DNA from: a virus
Reading direction: 5' to 3' (one strand)
Virus record (IMG/VR): IMGVR_UViG_3300013099_000002
Location: 1 to 64,000 of that record
DNA: 64,000 nt
In this document: positions 49,592-57,970 of the stretch, in pieces
Layout: each line of letters begins with the position of its first letter
How positions within the stretch are numbered: position 1 is the first letter of the stretch
Position numbers and translations under genes: made by a program
The notes under the pieces: model-generated
The model's input: the letters and a program-made list of their open reading frames with translations, nothing else
Database searches by the model: none
What the model was told of the DNA's origin: nothing

Positions 49592-50938
49592 TTAATATTG
49601 CAAGTCCTCCACGTTTTCTTCCATTTGCGGTAGCTCTTCTTCATCACCAAAATCCATTTCAGCGTGTCCGGCCTTATCGTCCTTGTCGTGGTATTTTTCT
49701 GTATTGAGTTCCGAGAAATCCATATAAGGCCATGTAGAAAATTTCCAGTTAATTTTAAATGAACCGGTTTCTCCGTTCCGACCTTTCAATACTTCAATTA
49801 TTTTTACGTGGTCATGGAAGGATGGAAGGGAGGGGTCATTTTCGCCCGATACCCCCAGTACTACCGAAGCAATCTGACCAATGGCATCTGAGCCACCAAT
49901 ATGCTGAACTCCAGTTTTGCCTTTTTCTGCCGCCTTGGTTTGTTCCCGATTGAACTGGTAACTTGCCACAACAGGAATATCTAAAGTACCGGCTATTTTT
50001 TCTTTTAGCCCTTGTATTGAATCTGCTATCTGTTCGTGTTTTGCAAATCCCGATTCTGACTTCAACATATACGCCCCATCAACATAAACACAATCTGGTT
50101 TTAATTGATGACAAAGTAATGCAATATCATTTACTGAAGCTGTTAAGTTTCCATCCACAATCCAGAAAGGAGGTTTCCCTTCATCTTCGGCATTTTCGGA
50201 TAGTACATTGAATACTTTATCTTTGAACTTGGGAGGAATATCCCCAGTTTTAATGTAGTTTGCTGGTACATTTGCTTGCATTGCCGCAATACGTTGTGAC
50301 AGTGCTAGTGGGTTCATTTCCATAGACACCACAAGCGGTACTTTACCTTGTAGCCATGGATGCATTGCCATGTGCAAAAGGTTGTAGGTTTTGCCGGTTC
50401 CTGGCCTTCCGACAATAACCAGAACATCCCCACCCAATAAACCACCCGTTAAGCGGTCTAAATAAGGCCAACCAACGTGAATACCATCTTCCCCCAGCCA
50501 TTGTTGCATATAATTATCTTTAATCAACTTATAGGCTTCTGTAGTGTAATTCACCATTTTTTGTCGGTTACGTTTTAAGGTTAAATTAACCACCTCATCT
50601 TGTAACAGTTCTAAGGCCGCTTTCGGTTGTTTCTTTTTTAACGAACCTTGAGCTTCCAACATTATTTTCTTTAACCGTTGTTGGAAGTACCGGTTTTCAA
50701 AATGCTCCAGATAATAGGTTGCCGGTTCCGTCACCGTAGGCAATTCCACATCTATCTGTTCTTCTATTGTATCGGCATGAGGGAACACCCCATGAGCTTG
50801 TACGTGGTCATCCACGAAAGTAAATAGGTCATCTTCAATACCTAAGAACAATTCTTTGCTTAACCCCATTTGTAAATAGTCTGATAATTCCCCCTCAATT
50901 ATTAGACTTGATATAAGTTTCGCACCAACTGACTGCAT
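49592..50938 (-). CDS. dnaB: DnaB-like replicative helicase
   Basis: GRPGTGKT, SMEM, YVDGAY, QFNR, SDAIGQ, KGRNGE. Confidence 0.9.
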   Translation of the reverse strand: MQSVGAKLISSLIIEGELSDYLQMGLSKELFLGIEDDLFTFVDDHVQAHGVFPHADTIEEQIDVELPTVTEPATYYLEHFENRYFQQRLKKIMLEAQGSLKKKQPKAALELLQDEVVNLTLKRNRQKMVNYTTEAYKLIKDNYMQQWLGEDGIHVGWPYLDRLTGGLLGGDVLVIVGRPGTGKTYNLLHMAMHPWLQGKVPLVVSMEMNPLALSQRIAAMQANVPANYIKTGDIPPKFKDKVFNVLSENAEDEGKPPFWIVDGNLTASVNDIALLCHQLKPDCVYVDGAYMLKSESGFAKHEQIADSIQGLKEKIAGTLDIPVVASYQFNREQTKAAEKGKTGVQHIGGSDAIGQIASVVLGVSGENDPSLPSFHDHVKIIEVLKGRNGETGSFKINWKFSTWPYMDFSELNTEKYHDKDDKAGHAEMDFGDEEELPQMEENVEDLQY

Positions 50939-51002
50939 AGACTACTCCATATTTTTGAGACAAAGATACCCCCACCGGTCTCAGTTCCGGCTAAGGTGTC
51001 TT

Positions 51003-51572
51003 TTATAAAAAAGTGTAATGACTGTTTAAATGGTCATACATTGCCTTACCGTAGGCTAATTTCAACTGCTCCATATCCTCAACATAAAGTATGGTTAAAT
51101 TGCTGGAACATAGGCGTTTAATTAACAAGCCTTGAAGGTTATTAATCTGCCAGTCAGGTACGGTAATACCTTTCTTTGGAATAAAGAAGTTTGGAATAAG
51201 TAAAACATCTGACTCATCTTTATCCCCATCCTTCATTTCATCCAATAAATCTTGAACAATAACAAGCCTCGCATCAATAAAGTTACGAATCAACTTACCA
51301 GCCATCAACATCATTTTTGCTTCAGGTGAATGAAGCTGTGTTGAGTTGTTTGTGATAACCAGCCCAGCACTACCCTCAAACCGGTATTTCCTGCATTGAA
51401 TAATGTATTTCCATTCTTTACGAGAACAGACTTGGTTATCATCCTCAGACCAAATAAATTTTTTAGGCACACCTGTAGCCAGTGAAATCTTATCTAAATT
51501 TTTCACTAAGCTCATGTGAATATCTTTATGAAGCACGTTCGATTTAAAGGCTTCTTCTACCATAGTGGTCAT
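51003..51572 (-). CDS. degenerate DnaC-like helicase loader
   Basis: Position between initiator and DnaB; ..DLLDEMK..SDVLLI..LL.KR....LTI pattern; no intact Walker A. Confidence 0.5.
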   Translation of the reverse strand: MTTMVEEAFKSNVLHKDIHMSLVKNLDKISLATGVPKKFIWSEDDNQVCSRKEWKYIIQCRKYRFEGSAGLVITNNSTQLHSPEAKMMLMAGKLIRNFIDARLVIVQDLLDEMKDGDKDESDVLLIPNFFIPKKGITVPDWQINNLQGLLIKRLCSSNLTILYVEDMEQLKLAYGKAMYDHLNSHYTFL

Positions 51573-51641
51573 AATTACTCCCCCTATCTCCTGTATGTTT
51601 TTTATAAATGGTATTACTACCGGCTTATTATTGCAACTTAG

Positions 51642-52628
51642 TTATTCATCATCCTCTTCCCAGTCAAACTTCTTACCATAGTTCTTGTTAGTTGCAATGG
51701 TTTCTTCCGTCACCGAAAAGCTTGGAATTGCCATCTTAAATTTAAGTAAGTATGGAATCATCGGAGTAACAGGTGAATTGAAGGCTGCAAAGCCGTTCTC
51801 GCAGTGCTGAGTGAATTCATACCATTTTCCGATAAGGATACCAAGGGTCTTGTATTTATCCTCTTCTATCGTCACCATAAGCGTATCCAGCATTTTCTTT
51901 TCAACACCTATTACAGTCGGCACCGTTTTTAACTTATCCTTGTAGCATACGGTCATGCATTTTCTCCAATAATCAGAAACCCTTTTCGGGTTATATTCTG
52001 TTTCGGAAAATTCTTCAATCAGTTGGTCAATAGTATAATCTTCGGATGAATCAACAAAGTCTTTATATAATTCATTAACCGTATAATTGCTTTTAGGTTT
52101 TACTATTGTTTTAGTTTCTTTTATTTTTCCTTTATTTAGTTTATTTCCCGAATCAGCTTTAATTTTCGGAAATGTCTTTAATTGATTCTCCGAAGGTGAA
52201 TCCATGTTTATCTTATCTGTTTTCTTATTTGTAGTTATAACTGGTATAGGTTGTTGCGTTTCAACTTTTGCATTGTTGCTTTTGCCACTATCCATTGTTG
52301 CATTTCCAACAATGGTGAATTCCGTGTAATAGGTATCTGAAAACGAGTACCAAAGTGTCCGGTCATAAGTGTGTTTGTTGTAGTTTCCGGTTATCAATAC
52401 CTCTTGTTTTTTTAAGCTGGCTAGTATCCTCTTAACCTGTTCATACGTCCAAAAGTGATACAGTACCGCATAGTATTTTTTTGAGTTATATGTCCAAGCT
52501 TTCCCTTCATGTATATTCTTATTATCTGCTTTATTTTTTATTATCCAGAATTTAAAGTTTTCCAACATGATAGCTTCATTAACCCCGAATCTTGCCGCAA
52601 GGTCTGTATTAAACAATAAGCAATCCAT
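51642..52628 (-). CDS. phage replication initiator (wHTH)
   Basis: LAARFGVNEAIML..F.FWI..N......GKAWTYNS....FW...QVKRIL.SL....L.TGNYNK..YDRTLWY. Confidence 0.75.
   Translation of the reverse strand: MDCLLFNTDLAARFGVNEAIMLENFKFWIIKNKADNKNIHEGKAWTYNSKKYYAVLYHFWTYEQVKRILASLKKQEVLITGNYNKHTYDRTLWYSFSDTYYTEFTIVGNATMDSGKSNNAKVETQQPIPVITTNKKTDKINMDSPSENQLKTFPKIKADSGNKLNKGKIKETKTIVKPKSNYTVNELYKDFVDSSEDYTIDQLIEEFSETEYNPKRVSDYWRKCMTVCYKDKLKTVPTVIGVEKKMLDTLMVTIEEDKYKTLGILIGKWYEFTQHCENGFAAFNSPVTPMIPYLLKFKMAIPSFSVTEETIATNKNYGKKFDWEEDDE
52251..52305. repeat. three iterons TTGTTGCNTTT at 22-bp period (putative origin)
   Basis: Copies start at 52251, 52273 and 52295, inside the initiator gene and next to an AT-rich tract. 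Confidence 0.65.
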
Positions 52629-53176
52629 TAAGTATCCTCTTCAATATAGTCAATATCAGTCGGGTTTAATTTCTCCTTATAGTCACCCAAGCTGACCACC
52701 GAATTAGTAGCATTAAGTTTCGGTAGCGGCATTGGTTTTATATACTCCTTATTTAGTTTCAATAAATAAAAATCTTTAAGCAATTTACGGTTATCAAAAG
52801 GGTCAAGAAAAAACATATCTTTAACCTTATCCAGTAATACATTAACTATGTTTTTTTCCCGAAACCATTTGTGTAAAGCTTCTGGGTGGTTGTAAGGAAT
52901 ATTAACCACGCATCCACCCACCAACGAAAGCCGTGTATCATTTTTTTGTTGCCAAGGTATATGAGGAAAATAAGAAAGCATTTGTTCTTTTGGTTTGAAT
53001 GCCAACACACTTGTTTCATGGTTTTTAGGTACCAGTCGAATCCGCATACCCACAAAAGTTTGAGGCCCCTGAGAATCAAACAAAGGTTTCAATCCTATTT
53101 GATAATCCTCAGATTCCAACACCACCGCATAATCAAAATTTTTACCAGTGCCTTGCATCTTCTTTAATTCTTGCAT
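52628..53176 (-). CDS. hypothetical protein
   Basis: First gene after promoter 53206-53234. Confidence 0.65.
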   Translation of the reverse strand: MQELKKMQGTGKNFDYAVVLESEDYQIGLKPLFDSQGPQTFVGMRIRLVPKNHETSVLAFKPKEQMLSYFPHIPWQQKNDTRLSLVGGCVVNIPYNHPEALHKWFREKNIVNVLLDKVKDMFFLDPFDNRKLLKDFYLLKLNKEYIKPMPLPKLNATNSVVSLGDYKEKLNPTDIDYIEEDT

Positions 53177-53205
53177 TGTATTACTCCGTTTTGGTTTGAG
53201 TGCTT

Positions 53206-53234
53206 ATATTACCGTATAATCTTTAAATTGTCAA
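53206..53234 (-). promoter_or_regulatory. conserved early promoter (variant)
   Basis: TTGACA-17-TAATAT. Confidence 0.75.
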
Positions 53235-54484
53235 ATTGTTACTAGATATTGTTTCACCGCTTTATAAACCATACTTGTCAGGTCAGCATGGCTTACGGCA
53301 GGATAATAAACTGTTAGCTCTTCATCGGTTTCTGTTTTCGGGAACTTATCCAACTCAATAATATTCTCCCAAATAACATCAAAAGGTTTTCCTTCAATGC
53401 AATCAATTTCATATTCCACATAACCGAAGTTTTCAAGTATACCTACCATTAACTCATTAGCAGATTCACAGCTTGTTATTCCATTAAAATCAAATATGTC
53501 ATCAATCCTTCCAGCCCTGTACAGCTCTTTAGGGAGTATTTCGGCATCATTGGTGGTCATTATGGTAAGAACTCTTGAATCACGTTCCTGAAGCCACCAC
53601 AGGACTGCAGATAGCATTCGTGAACTAACCCCCGAATCATCCCCAGCTTTAATTGATTTTTCAATCTCATCAAACAACAATACGCATGGCTGGCAGTTAT
53701 CGACAATAGCTAATGCATTGGCAAGGTTTTCTTCTGATTCACCTACATATTTTCCCATCAATGCCCCAAGGTCAATTCTGTAAAGTGGAACACCTAATTG
53801 ATTAGCCAAATATTTAGCTCCCAAAGTTTTACCAGCTCCAGGAATACCATCAAATAATAAGCCTTTTGGAACCAGTACCGGCTCAACACCATAATCAACA
53901 AATATTTTTCCTTCAATTGCCAACCATTTCTTTAAAAATGAAGGTGGTTTGTAATAATCGTACTTAGTTGAAACTTGTTGTATACCTTGCAATCGCCCAA
54001 CGTAAATTCTACGGGTTTCCATTATCGCCCGTGGAGTCAATTCCTTAAATTTAGTTTGGGCTAACCGGCATATTTCCCCAACATCTTTTAAACACAATCC
54101 GCTTAGTGTTGCCGCCAAGGGTTGTACAGTTTCCTCATCAGTTAAATTAGATAAAAAATCAAGTAACATACCTTGAGGTAGTTGCACCACACCGGCATCA
54201 AACATTAAGGGGCTAGAATCGCTTGGATTGATTACTATGAGGGTTTTTTCTGAGTCAACCATACATTCATAAGCCATATAGTAATTTACGTTCTCAGGAT
54301 GCAATAAATAGAAATACTGGGTTTCGGGTTCAAAGTCCTCTTGTTTGATTTTTTTAATATGGTTTTCGTCAATAAGCATAACCGATTCATCTACAATGTA
54401 AGATAAAACATCCCCTACATTTACAGTGTCATCGGTTGTTACCTTGATAAGTGGAAGTCCTGATTTTAATGATAGTTCAAGCAT
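53231..54484 (-). CDS. AAA+ ATPase (Ycf46-like)
   Basis: GIPGAGKT, GKYVGESE, LLFDEIEK, TTN, RAGRID. Confidence 0.85.
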   Translation of the reverse strand: MLELSLKSGLPLIKVTTDDTVNVGDVLSYIVDESVMLIDENHIKKIKQEDFEPETQYFYLLHPENVNYYMAYECMVDSEKTLIVINPSDSSPLMFDAGVVQLPQGMLLDFLSNLTDEETVQPLAATLSGLCLKDVGEICRLAQTKFKELTPRAIMETRRIYVGRLQGIQQVSTKYDYYKPPSFLKKWLAIEGKIFVDYGVEPVLVPKGLLFDGIPGAGKTLGAKYLANQLGVPLYRIDLGALMGKYVGESEENLANALAIVDNCQPCVLLFDEIEKSIKAGDDSGVSSRMLSAVLWWLQERDSRVLTIMTTNDAEILPKELYRAGRIDDIFDFNGITSCESANELMVGILENFGYVEYEIDCIEGKPFDVIWENIIELDKFPKTETDEELTVYYPAVSHADLTSMVYKAVKQYLVTI

Positions 54485-54747
54485 AAATTATCCAGTTGTT
54501 TATATTCTTTCAGTTATAGGCAATAAAGCATAATGAGTAACCCTATGCTTATTTAGTATTGGAAATTTCCAGAAAATTCTCCAGTCATAAGAAACCAATA
54601 ATTCATTTGCACCAACATACTTATCAGTATATTTAGTTATAAGTTGGTATTTAGTTTCATCGAATACAGGCTGGGTTCCTTTATTCATTACCCACACAGG
54701 GTTGTATTTTTTATTTATTTCAGATAGCAGTCGTATACTCATTATTA

Positions 54748-55047
54748 TCACTCCTTTAGTTTGTGGTGGTTTATACAGTCGGTTTGATTATCGAACACTA
54801 ATTCCCGACCAGATAAATTAAGTGGTATCCCCATTCGATTAGCTAAATTAACGAAATCATTTTGATGCCCCATTAAAAGCATGTGACCGGCACATTGAAG
54901 CGTGGTTTCTTTGTGGCATACAAAACTACCAGCCATTAAAATTTCAATCATACGTTCTTTACCAAGCCACCCAAGTAAACTGTCTTTACGAAAAGGACAA
55001 GCACCACAAGGTTTCTTTACGTTAGGTAATTTCATTGGTTTTTGCAA
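54748..55047 (-). CDS. Cys/His zinc-binding protein, paralog of 23404..23784
   Basis: KPCGACPFRKDS..FVCHK..QCAG. Confidence 0.6.
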   Translation of the reverse strand: MQKPMKLPNVKKPCGACPFRKDSLLGWLGKERMIEILMAGSFVCHKETTLQCAGHMLLMGHQNDFVNLANRMGIPLNLSGRELVFDNQTDCINHHKLKE

Positions 55048-55056
55048 TTGATTGCA
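55043..55056. repeat. 14-bp inverted repeat, copy 14
   Basis: TGCAATTGATTGCA. Confidence 0.9.
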
Positions 55057-55086
55057 CCGCTATTTAATCCGTTTATTTGAGTCCTA

Positions 55087-55114
55087 ATTATACATAATAA
55101 TTTAGAATTGTCAA
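55087..55114 (-). promoter_or_regulatory. conserved early promoter
   Basis: TTGACA-16-TATAAT. Confidence 0.85.
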
Positions 55115-55133
55115 ATTTATTTCCACTAGGCAT

Positions 55134-55181
55134 AAAAAAACCCCCAACTTACGATAATACCTGAGCGGTAAGTTAAGGGTT
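55134..55181 (-). terminator. rho-independent terminator at end of late/lysis operon
   Basis: AACCCUUAACUUAC/GUAAGUUGGGGGUU stem plus U-tract. Confidence 0.8.
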
Positions 55182-55234
55182 CTCTAATTTTCGTACCAAA
55201 CCAATGGAGTAACTTAGCAAAGCAACCAAGTTGA
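55134..55234 (-). ncRNA. candidate ~100-nt small RNA
   Basis: Own TTTACA-17-TAAACT promoter and terminator, no ORF; contains UUACUCC. Confidence 0.4.
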
Positions 55235-55239
55235 ACTAA

Positions 55240-55268
55240 AGTTTACATTACCCCATCGGCTATGTAAA
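55240..55268 (-). promoter_or_regulatory. sigma70-like promoter of the candidate sRNA
   Basis: TTTACA-17-TAAACT. Confidence 0.45.
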
Positions 55269-55280
55269 GCACTATTTCTA

Positions 55281-55655
55281 TCACTTAGTAAGAATATTGA
55301 ACATCTGTCCAGCTTTGGAAGGTAGATTGTTTGCTTTCAAATCTTCTAAAGTTGCGTGGTCTTGCATATTCTGTAAATGTATACTTCGGGTTTTCAATAC
55401 TCTATTAGATTCTTTCAAATCATTAATAGTTACTGAATCCCTCTTAGTCACAGGTACCCTTAATTCTCTCCGTAAATCATTACGAATCTGAATTTGTTGC
55501 ATGTAATTAAGACTTTGCTCAATAGACCAGTTTTGTATTTGCGATTTAGTTTTAACCCGTTGTAAATCTTGAGCATGAGCGAAGTACGAATCCATAAAAA
55601 ACCAAGATGAGAATAATAGTGAAACAACGGTTAAAGTAGTTTTACTTATATTCAT
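55281..55655 (-). CDS. membrane-anchored helical protein (possible lysis accessory)
   Basis: N-terminal hydrophobic segment; start at MNISK overlapping the amidase stop. Confidence 0.5.
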   Translation of the reverse strand: MNISKTTLTVVSLLFSSWFFMDSYFAHAQDLQRVKTKSQIQNWSIEQSLNYMQQIQIRNDLRRELRVPVTKRDSVTINDLKESNRVLKTRSIHLQNMQDHATLEDLKANNLPSKAGQMFNILTK

Positions 55656-56230
55656 GTAGCCTCCAAGTATTGTTTTACTCCTTCGGCAATGGCAACACAA
55701 GCACTATCTTCATATTTCCAGATATTATTTAATTGAGAAATAAATTCCGGTTCCAGTATCAATGCAGGGCAAGCTGTTTTCCGAAGAAAATAATCAGCTA
55801 TTTCATCCCCCTCTTTGTCTCCAGGGTAATCTTCAAAGTCAGGTCTATCCATTTTATACCAACCTTCCTTGATACCACGGTCTTTACAATGCATTTCTGG
55901 GGCATATAAAGCGTGTACAGTGGTCGCAAAAGCTTTACCCTTTACCGAATTGGGACAATAAAGCGTTTCCACTCCTGATACGTTTCTTGAGGCCGCACCA
56001 TTAAAATGAATTTCTATAGCAACATCAGAATCATGCTCATTAACGTAGTTCACTTTATTGCGTAAACCCCCGATAGGTGCAATTGCTACACTGATTCCCA
56101 ATAACTCCAATTGATTACGAAGATTCTTAGTCCAAACTTCTGAAACTTCATGCTCATGTATGCCATTAAAGCCAGCACCTGATTTTGCAGGAAAATGTGC
56201 AATACTTAATGTAACTATTTTTCTATTCAT
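55652..56230 (-). CDS. endolysin, N-acetylmuramoyl-L-alanine amidase (Amidase_3)
   Basis: SIAH..GA..E..AIEIHFNG..GVET..YFLRKT.CPALILEPEFI; start taken at MNRKIV (GGAG SD). Confidence 0.85.
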   Translation of the reverse strand: MNRKIVTLSIAHFPAKSGAGFNGIHEHEVSEVWTKNLRNQLELLGISVAIAPIGGLRNKVNYVNEHDSDVAIEIHFNGAASRNVSGVETLYCPNSVKGKAFATTVHALYAPEMHCKDRGIKEGWYKMDRPDFEDYPGDKEGDEIADYFLRKTACPALILEPEFISQLNNIWKYEDSACVAIAEGVKQYLEAT

Positions 56231-56540
56231 TTTGTTGGACTCCTTCAGTATCTCCTCCATCACTATTGGGTTCTGCGGCTGCGACTGCTGCGGCTCCAAG
56301 TTCGGTACAGATTCCTTCGGCTGGGTAGTAAGGGAGGTCTTTTCTAATGGCTGCGATTGCCAAGTCTTTAGCCAAGCTATCAGTTGTTTTATCACAATAC
56401 GTCCTCCGGTGTTCAGCCAAGGTGGTGATAGTTTCGCACCCTGTAATAAATGTAATCAGTGCTAAAAACAATACCAGAATTAGTGCTGGTACCGCATGGA
56501 TTAAACCAGTAATAGGTTTCTTGTATGTTGTTGCCACCAT
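56223..56540 (-). CDS. putative lipoprotein (lysis cassette)
   Basis: Hydrophobic signal ending ITGC (lipobox-like). Confidence 0.55.
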   Translation of the reverse strand: MVATTYKKPITGLIHAVPALILVLFLALITFITGCETITTLAEHRRTYCDKTTDSLAKDLAIAAIRKDLPYYPAEGICTELGAAAVAAAEPNSDGGDTEGVQQNE

Positions 56541-56570
56541 AGTTTACTCCTAAGTCATTCCTAATAGTAG

Positions 56571-56584
56571 TGCAATCAATTGCA
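56571..56584. repeat. 14-bp inverted repeat, copy 15
   Basis: TGCAATCAATTGCA. Confidence 0.9.
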
Positions 56585-56585
56585 A

Positions 56586-57008
56586 TTATTTTAATTTTAC
56601 TGCAGTTGAACCGTGAATAATGAATTCATCTTTTGGCAATAGTTCCATATTACCTTTCTCAATAGAAAAGAATGCATCGTCACCTAATTCATGTACAGCA
56701 TCATAATAAGTTACAGCTCTATATCTTCGTGGTACCGCCAACCAACCACCATTAAAGTTAATAAATCTAATAAGGTTAATAAGCATTGAAATATCAGCCC
56801 TACATTTATCTTCATAGGTTCTACCTACATGATAAGCATAATCGTGTAAATCAAATACTTGAGTACAATCCAACCCCCATAAAGTATTAGGAATTAAAGC
56901 ACTTCTCCAATCACTAGATGCACCAGCACCGTTACAAATTTTAGCTTTCTCTTCAGGCGTTAATTCATTAAATCCTGCTTCTGCTATCAGTTCGTGGTTA
57001 TGCTTCAT
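56586..57008 (-). CDS. conserved phage protein, phospholipase A2-like/DUF1353-like
   Basis: ICNGAG....HDYAY..G.....K.RAD..M..N......A..YY.AV..LG...F. Confidence 0.55.
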   Translation of the reverse strand: MKHNHELIAEAGFNELTPEEKAKICNGAGASSDWRSALIPNTLWGLDCTQVFDLHDYAYHVGRTYEDKCRADISMLINLIRFINFNGGWLAVPRRYRAVTYYDAVHELGDDAFFSIEKGNMELLPKDEFIIHGSTAVKLK

Positions 57009-57504
57009 CGGTATCCTCCACTTTTGGTTTTATTGTATAGGCAGGACAGGACTGACCATCTATTCTTTCCAGACAATCCCGTACTCGTCTTGAATCTTCC
57101 GTGTTTTGTGTTACAACTACTACCAGCTGTTCGATAGACTTCTGCAAAGAAATCATATTTTTACTAACAAAACTTTTAAACTCTACCCCTTCCGAAATAG
57201 AACTCTGTAATGTTATTTGCTGGTTTAAAAGTACAGACTTATGTTCTTGTAGTGTAACTTGTACGTGTGCTTCAATCATAGGTTCTAACTCCAAAAATAT
57301 CCTCTTACTTCGTTCATTTTCCCTACTCTTAAAAAAAGCATCAATATTATCAACCATGGGTTTTATACAAGTTCGGTAAATAATATTTTTAGCCTTTATA
57401 AAGGCAAACCACAATGAAACTATTGCGGCTAGTATCCCGAAGATTGCATTCCATATTGGTAAGTCAGATGCTATTAGTTCGTCTATCATGGTGCCTCCGT
57501 TCAC
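56998..57504 (-). CDS. single-TM membrane protein (holin/antiholin candidate)
   Basis: IWNAIFGILAAIVSLWFAFI TM segment followed by a helical domain. Confidence 0.5.
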   Translation of the reverse strand: MNGGTMIDELIASDLPIWNAIFGILAAIVSLWFAFIKAKNIIYRTCIKPMVDNIDAFFKSRENERSKRIFLELEPMIEAHVQVTLQEHKSVLLNQQITLQSSISEGVEFKSFVSKNMISLQKSIEQLVVVVTQNTEDSRRVRDCLERIDGQSCPAYTIKPKVEDTDEA

Positions 57505-57970
57505 TTGCTTGCCTGCCCTCAGACTTATCTCTAAATCTCCAAACAGGTTGTGGTTGATGAAGCCAGATATTAACCACCTGATTCATCATAATGTCGTACT
57601 CCTTTGCAGTTCTAGGTTTCACTAGATAAGCATTAACTCCAAGCCTATACAGCTTCGTAATAAGCCCCCCACTCCCTAAACACGCGCCTAAAACTACCAC
57701 CGGTACAGGTGGGTAATTTTTGTACAATTCCTCAGCAACCGTAAGTCCATTTACCGCACCTAAAAGAAAGTCCAAAATGATAACCGAAGGTACCGTTTTG
57801 GTTTCTAATAGCCTATCAAAAGTATTATATAATTCATCTGGTGTTTCGGATTCATAAATAGCTATATTAGCATTAGAATTAGACACTAAAGATTTAGTAA
57901 TAAACTTGCGCTCAAATCTACTATCATCAGTAACCAATACAATGTGCTTTTGTTCTAATTCTGGAATCAT
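57464..57970 (-). CDS. stand-alone response regulator receiver (CheY-like) protein
   Basis: VLVTDD, PSVIILDF phospho-acceptor, NGL, PVVVL, GVNAYLVKP. Confidence 0.8.
   Translation of the reverse strand: MIPELEQKHIVLVTDDSRFERKFITKSLVSNSNANIAIYESETPDELYNTFDRLLETKTVPSVIILDFLLGAVNGLTVAEELYKNYPPVPVVVLGACLGSGGLITKLYRLGVNAYLVKPRTAKEYDIMMNQVVNIWLHQPQPVWRFRDKSEGRQASERRHHDRRTNSI

Noticed and set aside
56231-56395. N-terminal extension of the amidase as given in the ORF track
   Set aside because: It overlaps the lipoprotein gene; a better SD and start lie at 56230
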